Positions 39,583 to 50,043 of a stretch of DNA of 64,000 nt are shown here, piece by piece. A program made the position numbers and the translations under genes. Each line of letters starts with the position of its first letter. The first letter of the stretch is position 1. This stretch comes from an uncultured Desulfobulbaceae bacterium (GTDB lineage Bacteria; Desulfobacterota; Desulfobulbia; Desulfobulbales; BM004). The stretch is from positions 2,262 through 66,261 of the forward strand of contig CALZHP010000004.1 in assembly GCA_945787325.1 (NCBI GenBank), in the 5' to 3' direction. A model generated the notes under the pieces. That model was not told where the DNA came from, did not search any database, and saw only the letters and a program-made list of their open reading frames with translations.

Positions 39583-41042
39583 CCTGCGCATCGAACTCAG
39601 ACATTGACTGGACTCTCGACCAGGTTCTGCTTGCAACCGGGGGCAGATACATTGCAAGGAAGAATGCTAAACTTAGAAATGACGGCATGAGTGGTAGCTC
39701 GGTACATTTTCACTGTATTTCCACGGACTCACGTGCCATTCACCCAGGGGATATATTCCTGGGGCTTTCAGGTGAAAATTTCGACGGTGCCTCTTTTGCC
39801 CCGGATGCTGTCAAGAAAGGAGCAGCCGGGCTTATTTTAAACCAAGCCATTAATTCAGATATCGAGGAACCTACTCCCTCTATACCGGTAGTGGTTGTGA
39901 AGGATCCGCTCCTTGCGCTTGGCGATCTCGCAGCATACCGTCGTTCGCGAATGAAACACCTGAAAGTTGTCGCTATCACTGGAAGCTCTGGTAAGACCAC
40001 GGTCAAAGAAATGACCTCTTCCGTTGTCTCAAAAAAATTCAATATCGTTAAAACGCAAGGGAATTTCAACAACTTGGTCGGATTACCGCTTTCCTTGCTA
40101 CCTGTTAAAAGCCAACATGAAGTTGCAGTCCTGGAAATGGGGATGAACCAACCGGGTGAAATAGCACGGCTTACAGAAATCGCGGACCCTGATATTGCCT
40201 GCATCAATAACATACAGGAAGCCCATCTCGCTGGGCTCGGATCAATAAAGGGTGTTGCAAAAGCTAAGGGTGAGCTTTTTGCCGGCACAAAATCCTGGGG
40301 AACGCTTGTTGTTAATGTTGATGATCCACAGGTCCGAATTCTAGCGAGGAAATACCGGCACAGAAAAATCACCTTCGGCAGAAGAAAAGGTGCTGATATT
40401 CGGGCAACACATATCAGGGACAACGGTGAAAATGGCATGACTTTCACCCTTCATATCGGAAACAGACGCGTTCGCCTTCAGATCAAGGCTTTCGGAACTC
40501 ATAATGTAATGAACAGCCTTGCTGCAGCCGCAATAGCAAGTGGATTAGGAATTTCCATGTCAACAATCGTTAAAGGGCTTTCAACATTTAAGCCGTACGA
40601 CAAGCGTTCCCAAATTATTCATCTTGCATCGGGCCTGAAAGTCATAAACGACTCATATAATGCAAACCCTGCTTCAATGCAGGCTGCTCTGAGTGCTCTT
40701 CATAATCTGAAGCGAGAACGCAAAACCATGGCCGTTCTGGGTGATATGTTTGAACTTGGCGACAAGAGCAAAGACGCTCACAGTAAACTGGGGCAGGCCG
40801 CATTCGATTCCGGCGTTGATTACCTTGCAGCAACTGGTGAATATGCCGGGGATATTATTAAAACTGCCCTGCAGTCAGGTTTACCCAAAGAAAGAGCAAA
40901 AGTATTCAAGAATAAAAATGAAATATCGAAGTGGATAAAAAGACTTATAAAATCCGGAGATCTCCGACCAAATGATTGGCTGCTTATAAAAGGTTCCAGA
41001 GGAATGGAAATGGAAACCGTTCTTGAAGAGCTTAATAAATAA
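39576..41042 (+). CDS. murF: UDP-MurNAc-pentapeptide synthetase MurF
   Basis: ITGSSGKTT and NDSYNANP. It overlaps the murE stop by 7 nt. Confidence 0.93.
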   Translation: MVTCASNSDIDWTLDQVLLATGGRYIARKNAKLRNDGMSGSSVHFHCISTDSRAIHPGDIFLGLSGENFDGASFAPDAVKKGAAGLILNQAINSDIEEPTPSIPVVVVKDPLLALGDLAAYRRSRMKHLKVVAITGSSGKTTVKEMTSSVVSKKFNIVKTQGNFNNLVGLPLSLLPVKSQHEVAVLEMGMNQPGEIARLTEIADPDIACINNIQEAHLAGLGSIKGVAKAKGELFAGTKSWGTLVVNVDDPQVRILARKYRHRKITFGRRKGADIRATHIRDNGENGMTFTLHIGNRRVRLQIKAFGTHNVMNSLAAAAIASGLGISMSTIVKGLSTFKPYDKRSQIIHLASGLKVINDSYNANPASMQAALSALHNLKRERKTMAVLGDMFELGDKSKDAHSKLGQAAFDSGVDYLAATGEYAGDIIKTALQSGLPKERAKVFKNKNEISKWIKRLIKSGDLRPNDWLLIKGSRGMEMETVLEELNK

Positions 41043-41068
41043 CAACAAAATATTCTGTAAAAAGTAAT

Positions 41069-42148
41069 ATGCTTTACCACTTACTATATCCACTCAGCAG
41101 CTTCTTCAGCGGATTTAACGTATTCCGCTATATAACTTTCAGGTGCATAGGTGCATCTATCACAGCCTTTCTGATCGTGATATATGTCGGACCGGCATTT
41201 ATACGGTTAATTAAGAAACACCAGATCGGCCAGGTAATCAGAGAGGACGGCCCGGAAACACATTTCGATAAACAGGGTGTACCAACCATGGGCGGTGTGT
41301 TAATCCTCCTTACCATCGCCTTGGTAACTCTATTGTGGGTTGATTTGAGTAATCGATATGTGTGGCTGGTATTGTCCGTCACTCTCTGGTTCGGTCTGGT
41401 GGGTACGATTGATGATCTACGCAAAATAAAGAAAAAGAACAGTTCTGGTCTCAGTGCTCGAGCGAAATTTATCCTGCAGATAGTTGGTGCCTCAATTGTA
41501 GGAATTTTTCTTTTCCTGCACCCGCAGTTCGACGGTCACCTCAATTTCCCGTTTTTCAAGAACATCCGCCCTGATCTAGGTTGGTGGTACATTTTATTTG
41601 CTGTTCTCGTCATAGTCGGAGCTTCTAACGCGGTTAATCTAACAGATGGACTGGACGGATTGGTTACCGGCCCCACTGTTATCACTGGCAGTGTATATCT
41701 TATCTTTTCCTACCTCGCAGGCCACGCGGTACTGGCTGATTACCTGCAAATTGTTTTTGTTCCCGGCGCCGGTGAAGTAGCCGTTTTTTGCGGCGCACTG
41801 GTAGGCAGTTGCCTTGGTTTTCTCTGGTTTAACTCATTTCCTGCCCAAATATTTATGGGTGACGTTGGTTCATTGGCGCTTGGAGGAGCACTGGGAACTA
41901 TAGCAATAATAACAAAACAGGAATTCCTTCTCGCCATTGTAGGCGGGATTTTTGTAATGGAAGCGGTCTCAGTAATTTTACAGGTTGGTTTTTTTAAGTT
42001 AAGCGGTGGAAAAAGGATTTTTTTAATGGCTCCTTTCCATCACCATTTTGAGAAAAAAGGGTGGGCAGAACCAAAGGTGGTTGTCCGCTTCTGGATTGTT
42101 TCAATAATTCTAGGCCTTGTGGCCCTGGCAACACTTAAATTGAGATAA
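41069..42148 (+). CDS. mraY: phospho-MurNAc-pentapeptide translocase MraY
   Basis: Polytopic membrane protein with [21 protein letters not shown] and PFHHHFE. Confidence 0.95.
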   Translation: MLYHLLYPLSSFFSGFNVFRYITFRCIGASITAFLIVIYVGPAFIRLIKKHQIGQVIREDGPETHFDKQGVPTMGGVLILLTIALVTLLWVDLSNRYVWLVLSVTLWFGLVGTIDDLRKIKKKNSSGLSARAKFILQIVGASIVGIFLFLHPQFDGHLNFPFFKNIRPDLGWWYILFAVLVIVGASNAVNLTDGLDGLVTGPTVITGSVYLIFSYLAGHAVLADYLQIVFVPGAGEVAVFCGALVGSCLGFLWFNSFPAQIFMGDVGSLALGGALGTIAIITKQEFLLAIVGGIFVMEAVSVILQVGFFKLSGGKRIFLMAPFHHHFEKKGWAEPKVVVRFWIVSIILGLVALATLKLR

Positions 42149-43638
42149 TGACTGAAATATTTCGACAAAACAAGTGCAGGATTTCACCAAACACCCACAT
42201 TGTAGTTGTTGGTCTGGGTAAGTCTGGGATTGCAGCTGTCCGGTTTTTTTTAAATCGGGGGTGCCAGGTTTCCGTCTCTGATTCGAGTCCAATAGATTCT
42301 TGGGACCAAAAGCTGATATGCGAATTGAAGGAAAAGAATGTTTTCATTGAAGGTGGGAAACACACCTCTGAGCTGTTCTGCTCAGCTGACATAATTATGG
42401 TGAGTCCCGGCGTTCCCCTCGATTTGCCTGTTCTTAAAGAAGCTCGAACACACTCTATACCTGTTGTAGGAGAAATGGCATTCACAGCACAATTTATGAA
42501 AACACCAATTGTAGCTGTAACAGGAACCAACGGTAAGACAACAGTTACTACTTTACTGGGGGATATTTTCAAGGCGAGTGGTCAAAACGTGTTTGTCGGC
42601 GGCAACATAGGAACTCCACTCTTTGAATACATGGATAGTCCACAAGACAAAGACATTGCTGTTATTGAAGTCAGCAGTTTCCAACTTGATACGGCTGGTG
42701 GAGAGGGCTGTTTCAGGCCAAAAGCTGCCGTTTTACTTAATATTTCTCAAGATCACCTCGATCGATATGAATCTTTCAATGCCTATGCTCGTTCAAAGTT
42801 CAGTATCTTCGCGGCCCAGAAAGAATCTGACTTTTCCGTGATCAACGTCGATGACCCGGAAATCACTTCCCGTATTCATCTCTTACCGCCCAGCAAACAT
42901 CTATCATTCGGTCATGAGAAAATTACCAATGCTGGTTCCTCAGTAAGAGGCTACAAAGTATTTCTTTCAGAAAAAGTCACTCCTTCAGGATTGCAGGAAA
43001 AATATGATCTGGAAGATAGCAGCCTAAGTGAATTGCCAAACTCACTGAATGCTGCAGCTGCAATCCTAATAGCCAGGGTTATGGGTTGTAGTGAAGAGTG
43101 TATAAACAAAGGCATTAAGAGTTTTAGTCCCCTTCCCCATCGGTTAAGTCTCGTCGATGATATCGGAGGTGTCAGCTACTATGATGACTCGAAAGCAACC
43201 AACATAGGCGCCACACTTTCAGCTCTCAACTCTATAAAAAAACCGGTAATACTCATTGCTGGCGGCCGGGACAAGGGGGGAGATTACAGGCAACTGCACA
43301 AAGCCATAAAGAAAAAAGTAAAAGCCCTTGTGCTTTTAGGTGAAGCCAGAGGCAAAATGATTGATTCCTTTAAAGGCCTGACTTTGATCGAATCTGCTGA
43401 CACCATGGCAGATGCGGTAAATTCAGCTGCAACTCTTGCTCAACAGGGGGATGTGGTTCTGCTATCCCCCGCATGTTCCAGTTTTGACATGTTCTCCAGT
43501 TATGCAGAACGGGGAGAAATCTTCAAAAAAGCTGTCAATGATCTAAAAAAAAAACTGGCGGGTAGCCAATTGCCTGCTGCAGTTTGGGGGATGTCCGCAG
43601 CCAAGTGTCGAATCGCAAATGAAGCGACACAAAACTAA
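42148..43638 (+). CDS. murD: UDP-MurNAc-L-Ala:D-Glu ligase MurD (with a roughly 30-aa C-terminal extension)
   Basis: VVGLGKSGIAA, VTGTNGKTT and DDSKATN. It shares 1 nt with the mraY stop. Confidence 0.92.
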   Translation: MTEIFRQNKCRISPNTHIVVVGLGKSGIAAVRFFLNRGCQVSVSDSSPIDSWDQKLICELKEKNVFIEGGKHTSELFCSADIIMVSPGVPLDLPVLKEARTHSIPVVGEMAFTAQFMKTPIVAVTGTNGKTTVTTLLGDIFKASGQNVFVGGNIGTPLFEYMDSPQDKDIAVIEVSSFQLDTAGGEGCFRPKAAVLLNISQDHLDRYESFNAYARSKFSIFAAQKESDFSVINVDDPEITSRIHLLPPSKHLSFGHEKITNAGSSVRGYKVFLSEKVTPSGLQEKYDLEDSSLSELPNSLNAAAAILIARVMGCSEECINKGIKSFSPLPHRLSLVDDIGGVSYYDDSKATNIGATLSALNSIKKPVILIAGGRDKGGDYRQLHKAIKKKVKALVLLGEARGKMIDSFKGLTLIESADTMADAVNSAATLAQQGDVVLLSPACSSFDMFSSYAERGEIFKKAVNDLKKKLAGSQLPAAVWGMSAAKCRIANEATQN

Positions 43639-43676
43639 GGACAAATCAACATCAATTACGAGAAAGGAGAAAAATT

Positions 43677-43877
43677 ATGACGAAGGCAAAATGCTGCATC
43701 TGTAAACAGGAAAAAGATATATTTGGCTGGGTATTGATGACACAACACAAAAGCCTGTCACTGGCATATTGTCCGGAATGTTATCAGGACAAAAAAGGAG
43801 ATGAGCAGGAGCAACTGGTCGATTGTTCAAACTTTATCGACGATACGAGTGATCTGCTTTTTTGCTTTAAAAGCTGA
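43677..43877 (+). CDS. mini zinc-ribbon protein, paralogue 1 (CxxC...CPxC), function unknown
   Basis: 66 aa reading KCCICKQEKDIFGW..LSLAYCPECY. A strong AAAGGAG RBS lies 8 nt upstream. No TM segment. Confidence 0.7.
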   Translation: MTKAKCCICKQEKDIFGWVLMTQHKSLSLAYCPECYQDKKGDEQEQLVDCSNFIDDTSDLLFCFKS

Positions 43878-43941
43878 TTCCAAAGATCCAGTATCAATTT
43901 TGCATCAGATTTTCAAATCACCAGCCTAGAGGAGGGGCAGC

Positions 43942-44160
43942 ATGAGTGTAAGAACTATTTGCTGTGTTTGCCGAAAAACAAAAGACCTAAACGGGTGGAT
44001 CGACAAATTTATTTCTCAATACAAAACGCTTTCTCATGGATATTGCCCGGAGTGTTATGAAGAAACTATCAAAAAAATTGATAAGGCAAAAGCAAAAGGA
44101 AAGCACAAACCAAATATCTCAGAAACTTTTGATATGACTGGTGAAGATTTTTTAAGTTAG
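43942..44160 (+). CDS. mini zinc-ribbon protein, paralogue 2 (CxxC...CPxC), function unknown
   Basis: 72 aa reading ICCVCRKTKDLNGW..LSHGYCPECY, with a Lys-rich tail. A strong GAGGAGG RBS precedes it. Confidence 0.7.
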   Translation: MSVRTICCVCRKTKDLNGWIDKFISQYKTLSHGYCPECYEETIKKIDKAKAKGKHKPNISETFDMTGEDFLS

Positions 44161-44263
44161 AGGCCATAATATTTCTGATGTTAGCTATTAATCATATAGC
44201 ATCATAGTAGTTATACTGTGCATATATAAGGAATTATTATTGTAAATTTACGAGTTACAAAAC

Positions 44264-45421
44264 TTGAATAAATCAGACAAGGACCCAATACGAATGGTTG
44301 TTACCGGAGGTGGAACCGGTGGGCATCTTTTTCCCGGTATTGCAGTAGCAGAAGAAATATTGCGGCGGTTTCCGGATGGGCGTGTTCTTTTCATTGGAAC
44401 TAACCGCCTTGTTGATAGCAGTATCCTTAATGATCAGTCATTTGAAACTACCAGTATCAAAAGCAGCGGTATAAAGGGCATGAGTTTTATCTCCCGTTTA
44501 AAAGCACTTTTGCAAATACCTTACAGTGTCATTCAGGCAGCAGGCATTTTACGGAGGTTCAAAGCTGATCTTGTACTCGGAGTAGGAGGTTATGTGACAG
44601 GTCCCGTTGTACTTGCAAGCCGGATAATGGGCGTACCTGCATGCATACATGAACAGAATTCTGTGCCGGGAATGGCCAATCGATTACTTGGTCATATTTG
44701 CAATAAAGTATTCCTTTCAATACCCGGCAGTGAAAAATATTTTCCTTCCGGAAAAACTCTTTTAACTGGCAATCCCGTTAGGCAAGAATTGCTTAAATCA
44801 ATAAACACTCAAATTTCAGAAATTTCAAGTAATGACAGGAAGGTGCCTACCCTTCTTATCCTGGGCGGAAGCCAGGGGGCTCACAGGGTAAATATATTAA
44901 TGCTTGAATGTGTAAAAAAGCTCTTGTCTGACATGCCGAACAGCTTTAATATAGTCCACCAAACCGGCAGTGCCGATAAAGATTATGTGAAAAAAACCTA
45001 TAGTGAATTGGGTATATCAGCAGATGTCTCTGCATTCATTAAAAATATGAATGAGGTCTACCAAAAGGCGGACCTCATAATCTCAAGAGCTGGGGCCACA
45101 ACTCTCGCCGAGCTTGCCGTGCTCGGCAAGCCCTCGATATTAATTCCATACCCCTACGCCGCTGATAATCATCAGGAAAAAAATGGGCAATATCTCTGCA
45201 ATTCCGGTGGGGCCAGAATGTTTATTGAAGCAGGTCTAACTGGTGAAAAACTGGCAGGAGAAATTTCCAAACTCCTACAGGACCCTGAATCTCTCAAGAT
45301 AATGGGTGAAAAAATCAAGCAAATGGGAAAACCTGAAGCAACCGACGCAATTGTAAACCAAAGCCTTACTTTACTGGGCATCAAATATAACAAAACTACT
45401 TCTGCAAACACTGATGTATAA
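44264..45421 (+). CDS. murG: lipid II GlcNAc transferase MurG
   Basis: [10 protein letters not shown] and RAGATTLAE. The start is TTG 44264, or possibly ATG 44294. Confidence 0.92.
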   Translation: MNKSDKDPIRMVVTGGGTGGHLFPGIAVAEEILRRFPDGRVLFIGTNRLVDSSILNDQSFETTSIKSSGIKGMSFISRLKALLQIPYSVIQAAGILRRFKADLVLGVGGYVTGPVVLASRIMGVPACIHEQNSVPGMANRLLGHICNKVFLSIPGSEKYFPSGKTLLTGNPVRQELLKSINTQISEISSNDRKVPTLLILGGSQGAHRVNILMLECVKKLLSDMPNSFNIVHQTGSADKDYVKKTYSELGISADVSAFIKNMNEVYQKADLIISRAGATTLAELAVLGKPSILIPYPYAADNHQEKNGQYLCNSGGARMFIEAGLTGEKLAGEISKLLQDPESLKIMGEKIKQMGKPEATDAIVNQSLTLLGIKYNKTTSANTDV

Positions 45422-46799
45422 AAAAACAAAGCATATTCATTTCGTGGGAATCGGCGGCATAGGTATGAGCGGTATTGCCGAAGTGCTGATAAATCTTGGA
45501 TATAAAGTAAGCGGTTCCGATCTCAGGGAATCTGAAATAACTAAAAGTCTCAAGAAACTCGGTGGAACAATCCATAAAGGACATAACAGCGAATGGGTAG
45601 ATGGTGCAGATGTTGTGGTAACATCTTCAGCTGTAAAGGAAGATAACCCGGAAGTCCTTGCAGCAACTGACGCCCATATACCGGTAATTCCTAGGGCGGA
45701 GATGCTAGCAGAACTTATGCGCCTGAAAAAATACGGTATAGCAATTGCCGGCAGTCATGGAAAGACAACCACTACATCAATTGTGGGCTGGCTCCTTGCT
45801 CAAGCCGATCTCGATCCCACAGTGGTTATAGGTGGTAAGGTTAACAGCTTTGGTGGCAGCAACGCCAAACTTGGCGAGGGAGAATTCCTGGTTGCTGAAG
45901 CTGATGAAAGTGACGGATCTTTCTTGAACCTGTCTCCAGTAATAGAAGTTGTCACCAATATAGACCTAGAGCACCTGGATTTTTATAGTGACCTTGACGA
46001 CATAAAAAGTATTTTCCTGAGATTCATAGACAAAATACCTTTTTATGGAGCAGCAATTCTTTGCCTTGATGACCCGAACGTTGCTGACATATTACCCTTT
46101 GTAAAGAAAAGAATTATCACTTACGGCATGACCGCTCAAGCGGATGTACATGCCAGGGAGATTTCGACTTCTGGGTTGACTTCTCACTTTGAAGTATGCC
46201 TTGGAGATCAATCACTGGGCGTAATTGAACTATCTTTGCCTGGTACTCATAATATCTATAACGCCCTGGCTGCCATCACCGTTGGACTGGAGCTTGACAT
46301 CCCGTTTGAAACAATTGCATCTGCACTGAAAAGTTTTTCCGGAGTCCAACGAAGGCTACAGATAAAAGGTGAAAAAAAGGGAATAACTGTAATTGATGAT
46401 TATGGCCATCATCCTACAGAAGTAAGAGCTACCCTCTCAGCCCTTCGTGATGCGTGGCCGGGAAGACGGCTGGTAGTCCTTTTTCAACCGCACCGCTATT
46501 CCCGTACCAAAGGTCTTATGAAAGAGTTCCATACCGCATTTCATGCTGCAGATGTTTTAGTTCTTACTAACATTTATGCGGCAAGTGAAGAACCGATTAA
46601 AGGAGTAACTTCCGAGGCATTATTAAACGGTATCAAGATGCACGGACAGAAAAACACTTTACTGGTTCCAGATATTGAAAACCTGCCTGAAGAAATATTA
46701 CCTATCTTACATAGTGAGGATATCGTTCTCACCCTCGGTGCCGGTAATATCTGGAGATCGGGAGAGCAATTGTTGAGCATGCTTGAAGGAAACTCATAA
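45414..46799 (+). CDS. murC: UDP-MurNAc:L-Ala ligase MurC
   Basis: [20 protein letters not shown] and DDYGHHP. It overlaps murG by 8 nt. Confidence 0.94.
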   Translation: MYKKTKHIHFVGIGGIGMSGIAEVLINLGYKVSGSDLRESEITKSLKKLGGTIHKGHNSEWVDGADVVVTSSAVKEDNPEVLAATDAHIPVIPRAEMLAELMRLKKYGIAIAGSHGKTTTTSIVGWLLAQADLDPTVVIGGKVNSFGGSNAKLGEGEFLVAEADESDGSFLNLSPVIEVVTNIDLEHLDFYSDLDDIKSIFLRFIDKIPFYGAAILCLDDPNVADILPFVKKRIITYGMTAQADVHAREISTSGLTSHFEVCLGDQSLGVIELSLPGTHNIYNALAAITVGLELDIPFETIASALKSFSGVQRRLQIKGEKKGITVIDDYGHHPTEVRATLSALRDAWPGRRLVVLFQPHRYSRTKGLMKEFHTAFHAADVLVLTNIYAASEEPIKGVTSEALLNGIKMHGQKNTLLVPDIENLPEEILPILHSEDIVLTLGAGNIWRSGEQLLSMLEGNS

Positions 46800-46814
46800 G
46801 GAGAAATAACATTC

Positions 46815-47768
46815 GTGCCGTCACTGCAACATTTATCACAAGAGTTAACGCAGTTCTGGCAAGGTAAGATTTTATGGGATTTTCCCATGGCCCGATTCTC
46901 TACATTTAAGGTTGGCGGGCCTGCCGAAGCTGTACTCGTAGCTGAGAGCCAGGATGAGCTGGTCATGCTGGTACAATGGCTTCATAAAAACAAAATCCAC
47001 AGTTATGTTATCGGCAAGGGAAGCAATATTCTGGTGCCGGACACAGGATTGAAGGGCGCTGTAATAGTTCTTGGGAATAAATTTGCTTCCCTTGAAATAG
47101 AGCCGAATGATGATCAAGAAACGAAAAAATCTACTACACTGGTTAATGCTGGGGCAGCCTGCTTGCTTAATAAACTTGTAAAGTATTCAACTGAAAACAA
47201 TTTAAGCGGTTTGGAGTTTGCGGCAGGCATTCCAGGAAGTGTGGGCGGAGCAATAGTAATGAATGCAGGAGCATGGGGTGGTGAAATGAGTGATGCCATC
47301 CACTCTGTTACTTTTATGGACCCAGAAGGTATTATAATGAGTCCCGGGAAAGAGCAACTTCAATTTGCTTACAGAAAATGGGGCGGCAGCAAAAAAAGTA
47401 TTGTGCTGTCCGGTGTCTTTTCTTTAACAAAAGGAGAAAAAAATAAGATATCAGCAACCTGCAAGAAGTATCAAAAAGCTCGAAAAATTAAACAACCCCT
47501 GGGAATACCCAGTGCAGGTTCTTTTTTTAAAAACCCTCAGAGTCTGCCGGCAGGAAAACTTATTGAAGATGCAGGTTTGAAGGGTTTCAGTATTGGCGGA
47601 GCTATGGTCTCTCCAGTACATGCCAACTTCATTGTTAACACAGGGAAAGCCACTGCAGACGATGTTTTTGCCGTTATGCAGGAAGTACAGGATAAAGTTC
47701 TTCATAGCTCAGGTATCATGCTGGAACCGGAAGTCCATATTCTTGGAGAGGAGGGCTGTCAGGCATGA
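46815..47768 (+). CDS. murB: UDP-N-acetylenolpyruvoylglucosamine reductase MurB
   Basis: FAD-binding region FKVGGPAE, GKGSNIL and SAGSFFKNP. GTG start. Confidence 0.9.
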   Translation: MPSLQHLSQELTQFWQGKILWDFPMARFSTFKVGGPAEAVLVAESQDELVMLVQWLHKNKIHSYVIGKGSNILVPDTGLKGAVIVLGNKFASLEIEPNDDQETKKSTTLVNAGAACLLNKLVKYSTENNLSGLEFAAGIPGSVGGAIVMNAGAWGGEMSDAIHSVTFMDPEGIIMSPGKEQLQFAYRKWGGSKKSIVLSGVFSLTKGEKNKISATCKKYQKARKIKQPLGIPSAGSFFKNPQSLPAGKLIEDAGLKGFSIGGAMVSPVHANFIVNTGKATADDVFAVMQEVQDKVLHSSGIMLEPEVHILGEEGCQA

Positions 47769-48628
47769 AATCTTTCCGTTTAAGAAAAAGGCAGAAAACA
47801 TACAGGAGCTCATCTCGACCTACAGATTATAATACGAGAAAACGTACTAGAATCACGACATACTTTAATAAAAAACATATATTCCAGCTTCTGTCGATAT
47901 TGCTTCTGTTCTGTGTCGGAAGTGTTGCATCGATGGTTATATACCAGAAGCTCTGCAAGTCTGATTTTTTTAGAATAACAAACACATATATTAAAGGTTG
48001 TGAACATACAAACAAGACTGAAATACTTGAGCAGTCGGGTATTGACATACACACTAACCTGCTGGCCTTGGATGTATCAGCTGTTAAATCTAAGCTTGAA
48101 GAACACATTTGGGTGCACCACGTGGACATTTCACGGGTCTGGCCGAATCAGCTGAAATTTATTGTTTAAGAGAGAAAACCTTTGGCACTTCTCAACACCA
48201 GTAATGGGCTCTATTACATTGATAAATACGGCAAAAAAATAACTCATGTAAATATGCCCGGAGACCTTGATTTCCCTGTCATAACTGGTATAAATGAAAA
48301 CACTATGACTGCTCGGTCGAATGAGGTAAAATCCACTGTGCTTGACAACGCTCTCACCTTTTTACGATACGCAGGTCGCGGCAATCCAATATTACCGAAG
48401 CAGAACATTTCTGAAATCCATATTACAGAAAAAGGCGGTATGGTTCTTTATCTTCTGGATCACACTTTTCCCATTTATCTTGGACAGGAGAAAATAAGCG
48501 GTCAATACAACCGTCTCATCAAGGTCCTCAAGGGTCTGTATAAGAAAGATGAACTCTCAAATATTGCCTATATCGATATGGATTATCAGGAAGATAAAGT
48601 CCTGGTTGGCAAAACGAAATCTGGTTAA
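47765..48628 (+). pseudogene. ftsQ: ftsQ interrupted by a single in-frame TAA (48170-48172); otherwise full length
   Basis: The two ORF-track pieces (47765..48169 and 48182..48628) are in the same frame. The junction reads VWPNQLKFIV*ERKPLALL, which matches the conserved FtsQ POTRA motif WPxxL.I.V.ER.P.A. Confidence 0.75.
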
Positions 48629-48639
48629 ACGAACCATAT

Positions 48640-49881
48640 ATGAAAGACATGAAAAACGAACAGCGTGGTAAAATAATAGTCGGACTTGATATTGGTACGA
48701 CAAAAATCTGTGCCGTGATCGGTGAAGTTCTAAATAGCGAAATAGATATTATCGGCATTGGTACACACCCATCTGTCGGCCTTAAGAAGGGTGTTGTTGT
48801 CAATATTGATAGTACAGTTAATTCAATCCGTGCCGCGATTGAAGAAGCGGAAGAGATGGCCGACTGCGTAGTCGACACTGTTTGTGTCGGCATCGCTGGG
48901 AGCCATATCAAAGGATTCAACAGCCCCGGTATAGTAGGCATAAAAAACCGGGAGATAAAGCAGGATGACATAGATCGCGTCATAGACGCTGCCCGTGCTG
49001 TAAATATCTCACAGAACCAGGAAATAATCCATGTTCTGCCGCAGGAATTCATGGTTGACGATCATACCGGCATACAGGATCCCCTCGGCATGACCGGTGT
49101 ACGGCTTGTCACCAACGTGCATATCGTCACAGGGGATGCCACTTCTGTACATAACCTTGTCATGTGTTGCAATCGAGCCGGTCTGAAAGTTGCGGATATA
49201 GTACTAGAATCACTTGCTTCGGCCAATTCAGTTCTTACAGTAGAAGACATGGAACTTGGCGTTGCTCTGCTCGAAATAGGCGGCGGCACCTCTGATCTTG
49301 CCATATTTTCCGGTGGGACTATCAAACACACTTTCGAGCTTGGTCTGGGAGGAAACAATCTGACTAACGACTTGTCAGTCGGTCTCAGAACTCCATTACA
49401 GGAAGCTGAAAAACTGAAAATTAATTACGGAAGTGCACTCACGTCAATGATAAACAAGGATCATACTATTGAAGTTCCCGCAGTTGGGGATCGTAAACCA
49501 AGAAAGTTGTCCAGGAAAATCATGGGGGAAATTCTGGAGCCGCGTATTGAGGAAATGCTGATCCTTATAAATCAGGAAATGATTGATTCATCTTATAAGG
49601 AAAGACTGACGGCTGGAATAGTAATAACAGGCGGTACAGCCCTGCTCAACAATATAGTTGACCTTGCAGAGCAGATCTTCGATCTTCCTGTACGTATAGG
49701 GTACCCTCACCATGTTGGGGGGCATACCAATACGATTGATTCACCACAGTTTGCAACCGGTGTTGGGCTGGTAATATATAACAGCAGAAATGTATCCGGC
49801 CGCAAATACCGTGTAAAAGATAAAAAAGTTTTTAACCGTTTCGGCGGTTGGATGAAAAACATATTTACCAATCATATGTAA
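48640..49881 (+). CDS. ftsA: cell division protein FtsA
   Basis: Actin-fold motifs GLDIGTTKICAVIGE and EIGGGTSDLAIF. Confidence 0.95.
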   Translation: MKDMKNEQRGKIIVGLDIGTTKICAVIGEVLNSEIDIIGIGTHPSVGLKKGVVVNIDSTVNSIRAAIEEAEEMADCVVDTVCVGIAGSHIKGFNSPGIVGIKNREIKQDDIDRVIDAARAVNISQNQEIIHVLPQEFMVDDHTGIQDPLGMTGVRLVTNVHIVTGDATSVHNLVMCCNRAGLKVADIVLESLASANSVLTVEDMELGVALLEIGGGTSDLAIFSGGTIKHTFELGLGGNNLTNDLSVGLRTPLQEAEKLKINYGSALTSMINKDHTIEVPAVGDRKPRKLSRKIMGEILEPRIEEMLILINQEMIDSSYKERLTAGIVITGGTALLNNIVDLAEQIFDLPVRIGYPHHVGGHTNTIDSPQFATGVGLVIYNSRNVSGRKYRVKDKKVFNRFGGWMKNIFTNHM

Positions 49882-50043
49882 AAATACTGTAAAAACGGGC
49901 GTTATAAATATGGCTAAGTAAAATGTTTGATGTAATGACAGCAATCACTGCAATATTTGCGTTACTTTTAGATAAGACAATCTAAATCGAACCTTTTACG
50001 AAGTCATCAATATGTAAAACTAGAGTTCAATAAGGGGGGAAAC

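Noticed and set aside
39740-40447. Long antisense ORFs inside well-supported genes: 235 aa opposite murF, 213 aa at 50007..50648 opposite ftsZ, 174 aa at 48528..49052 opposite ftsA, 145 aa at 42135..42572 opposite murD, and 119 aa at 24628..24987 opposite the cooC-like gene.
   Set aside because: Each lies fully inside a strongly conserved gene on the other strand. Their translations are low-complexity Ser/Ala/Pro/Arg-rich with no motifs, which is typical of shadow ORFs.
48170-48172. Stop-codon reassignment (TAA read as sense) as an explanation for the interrupted ftsQ.
   Set aside because: TAA terminates many well-delimited genes in this same window, for example the PEP-CTERM genes, ctpA and ftsZ-neighbouring genes. 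A global recoding is therefore not supported.
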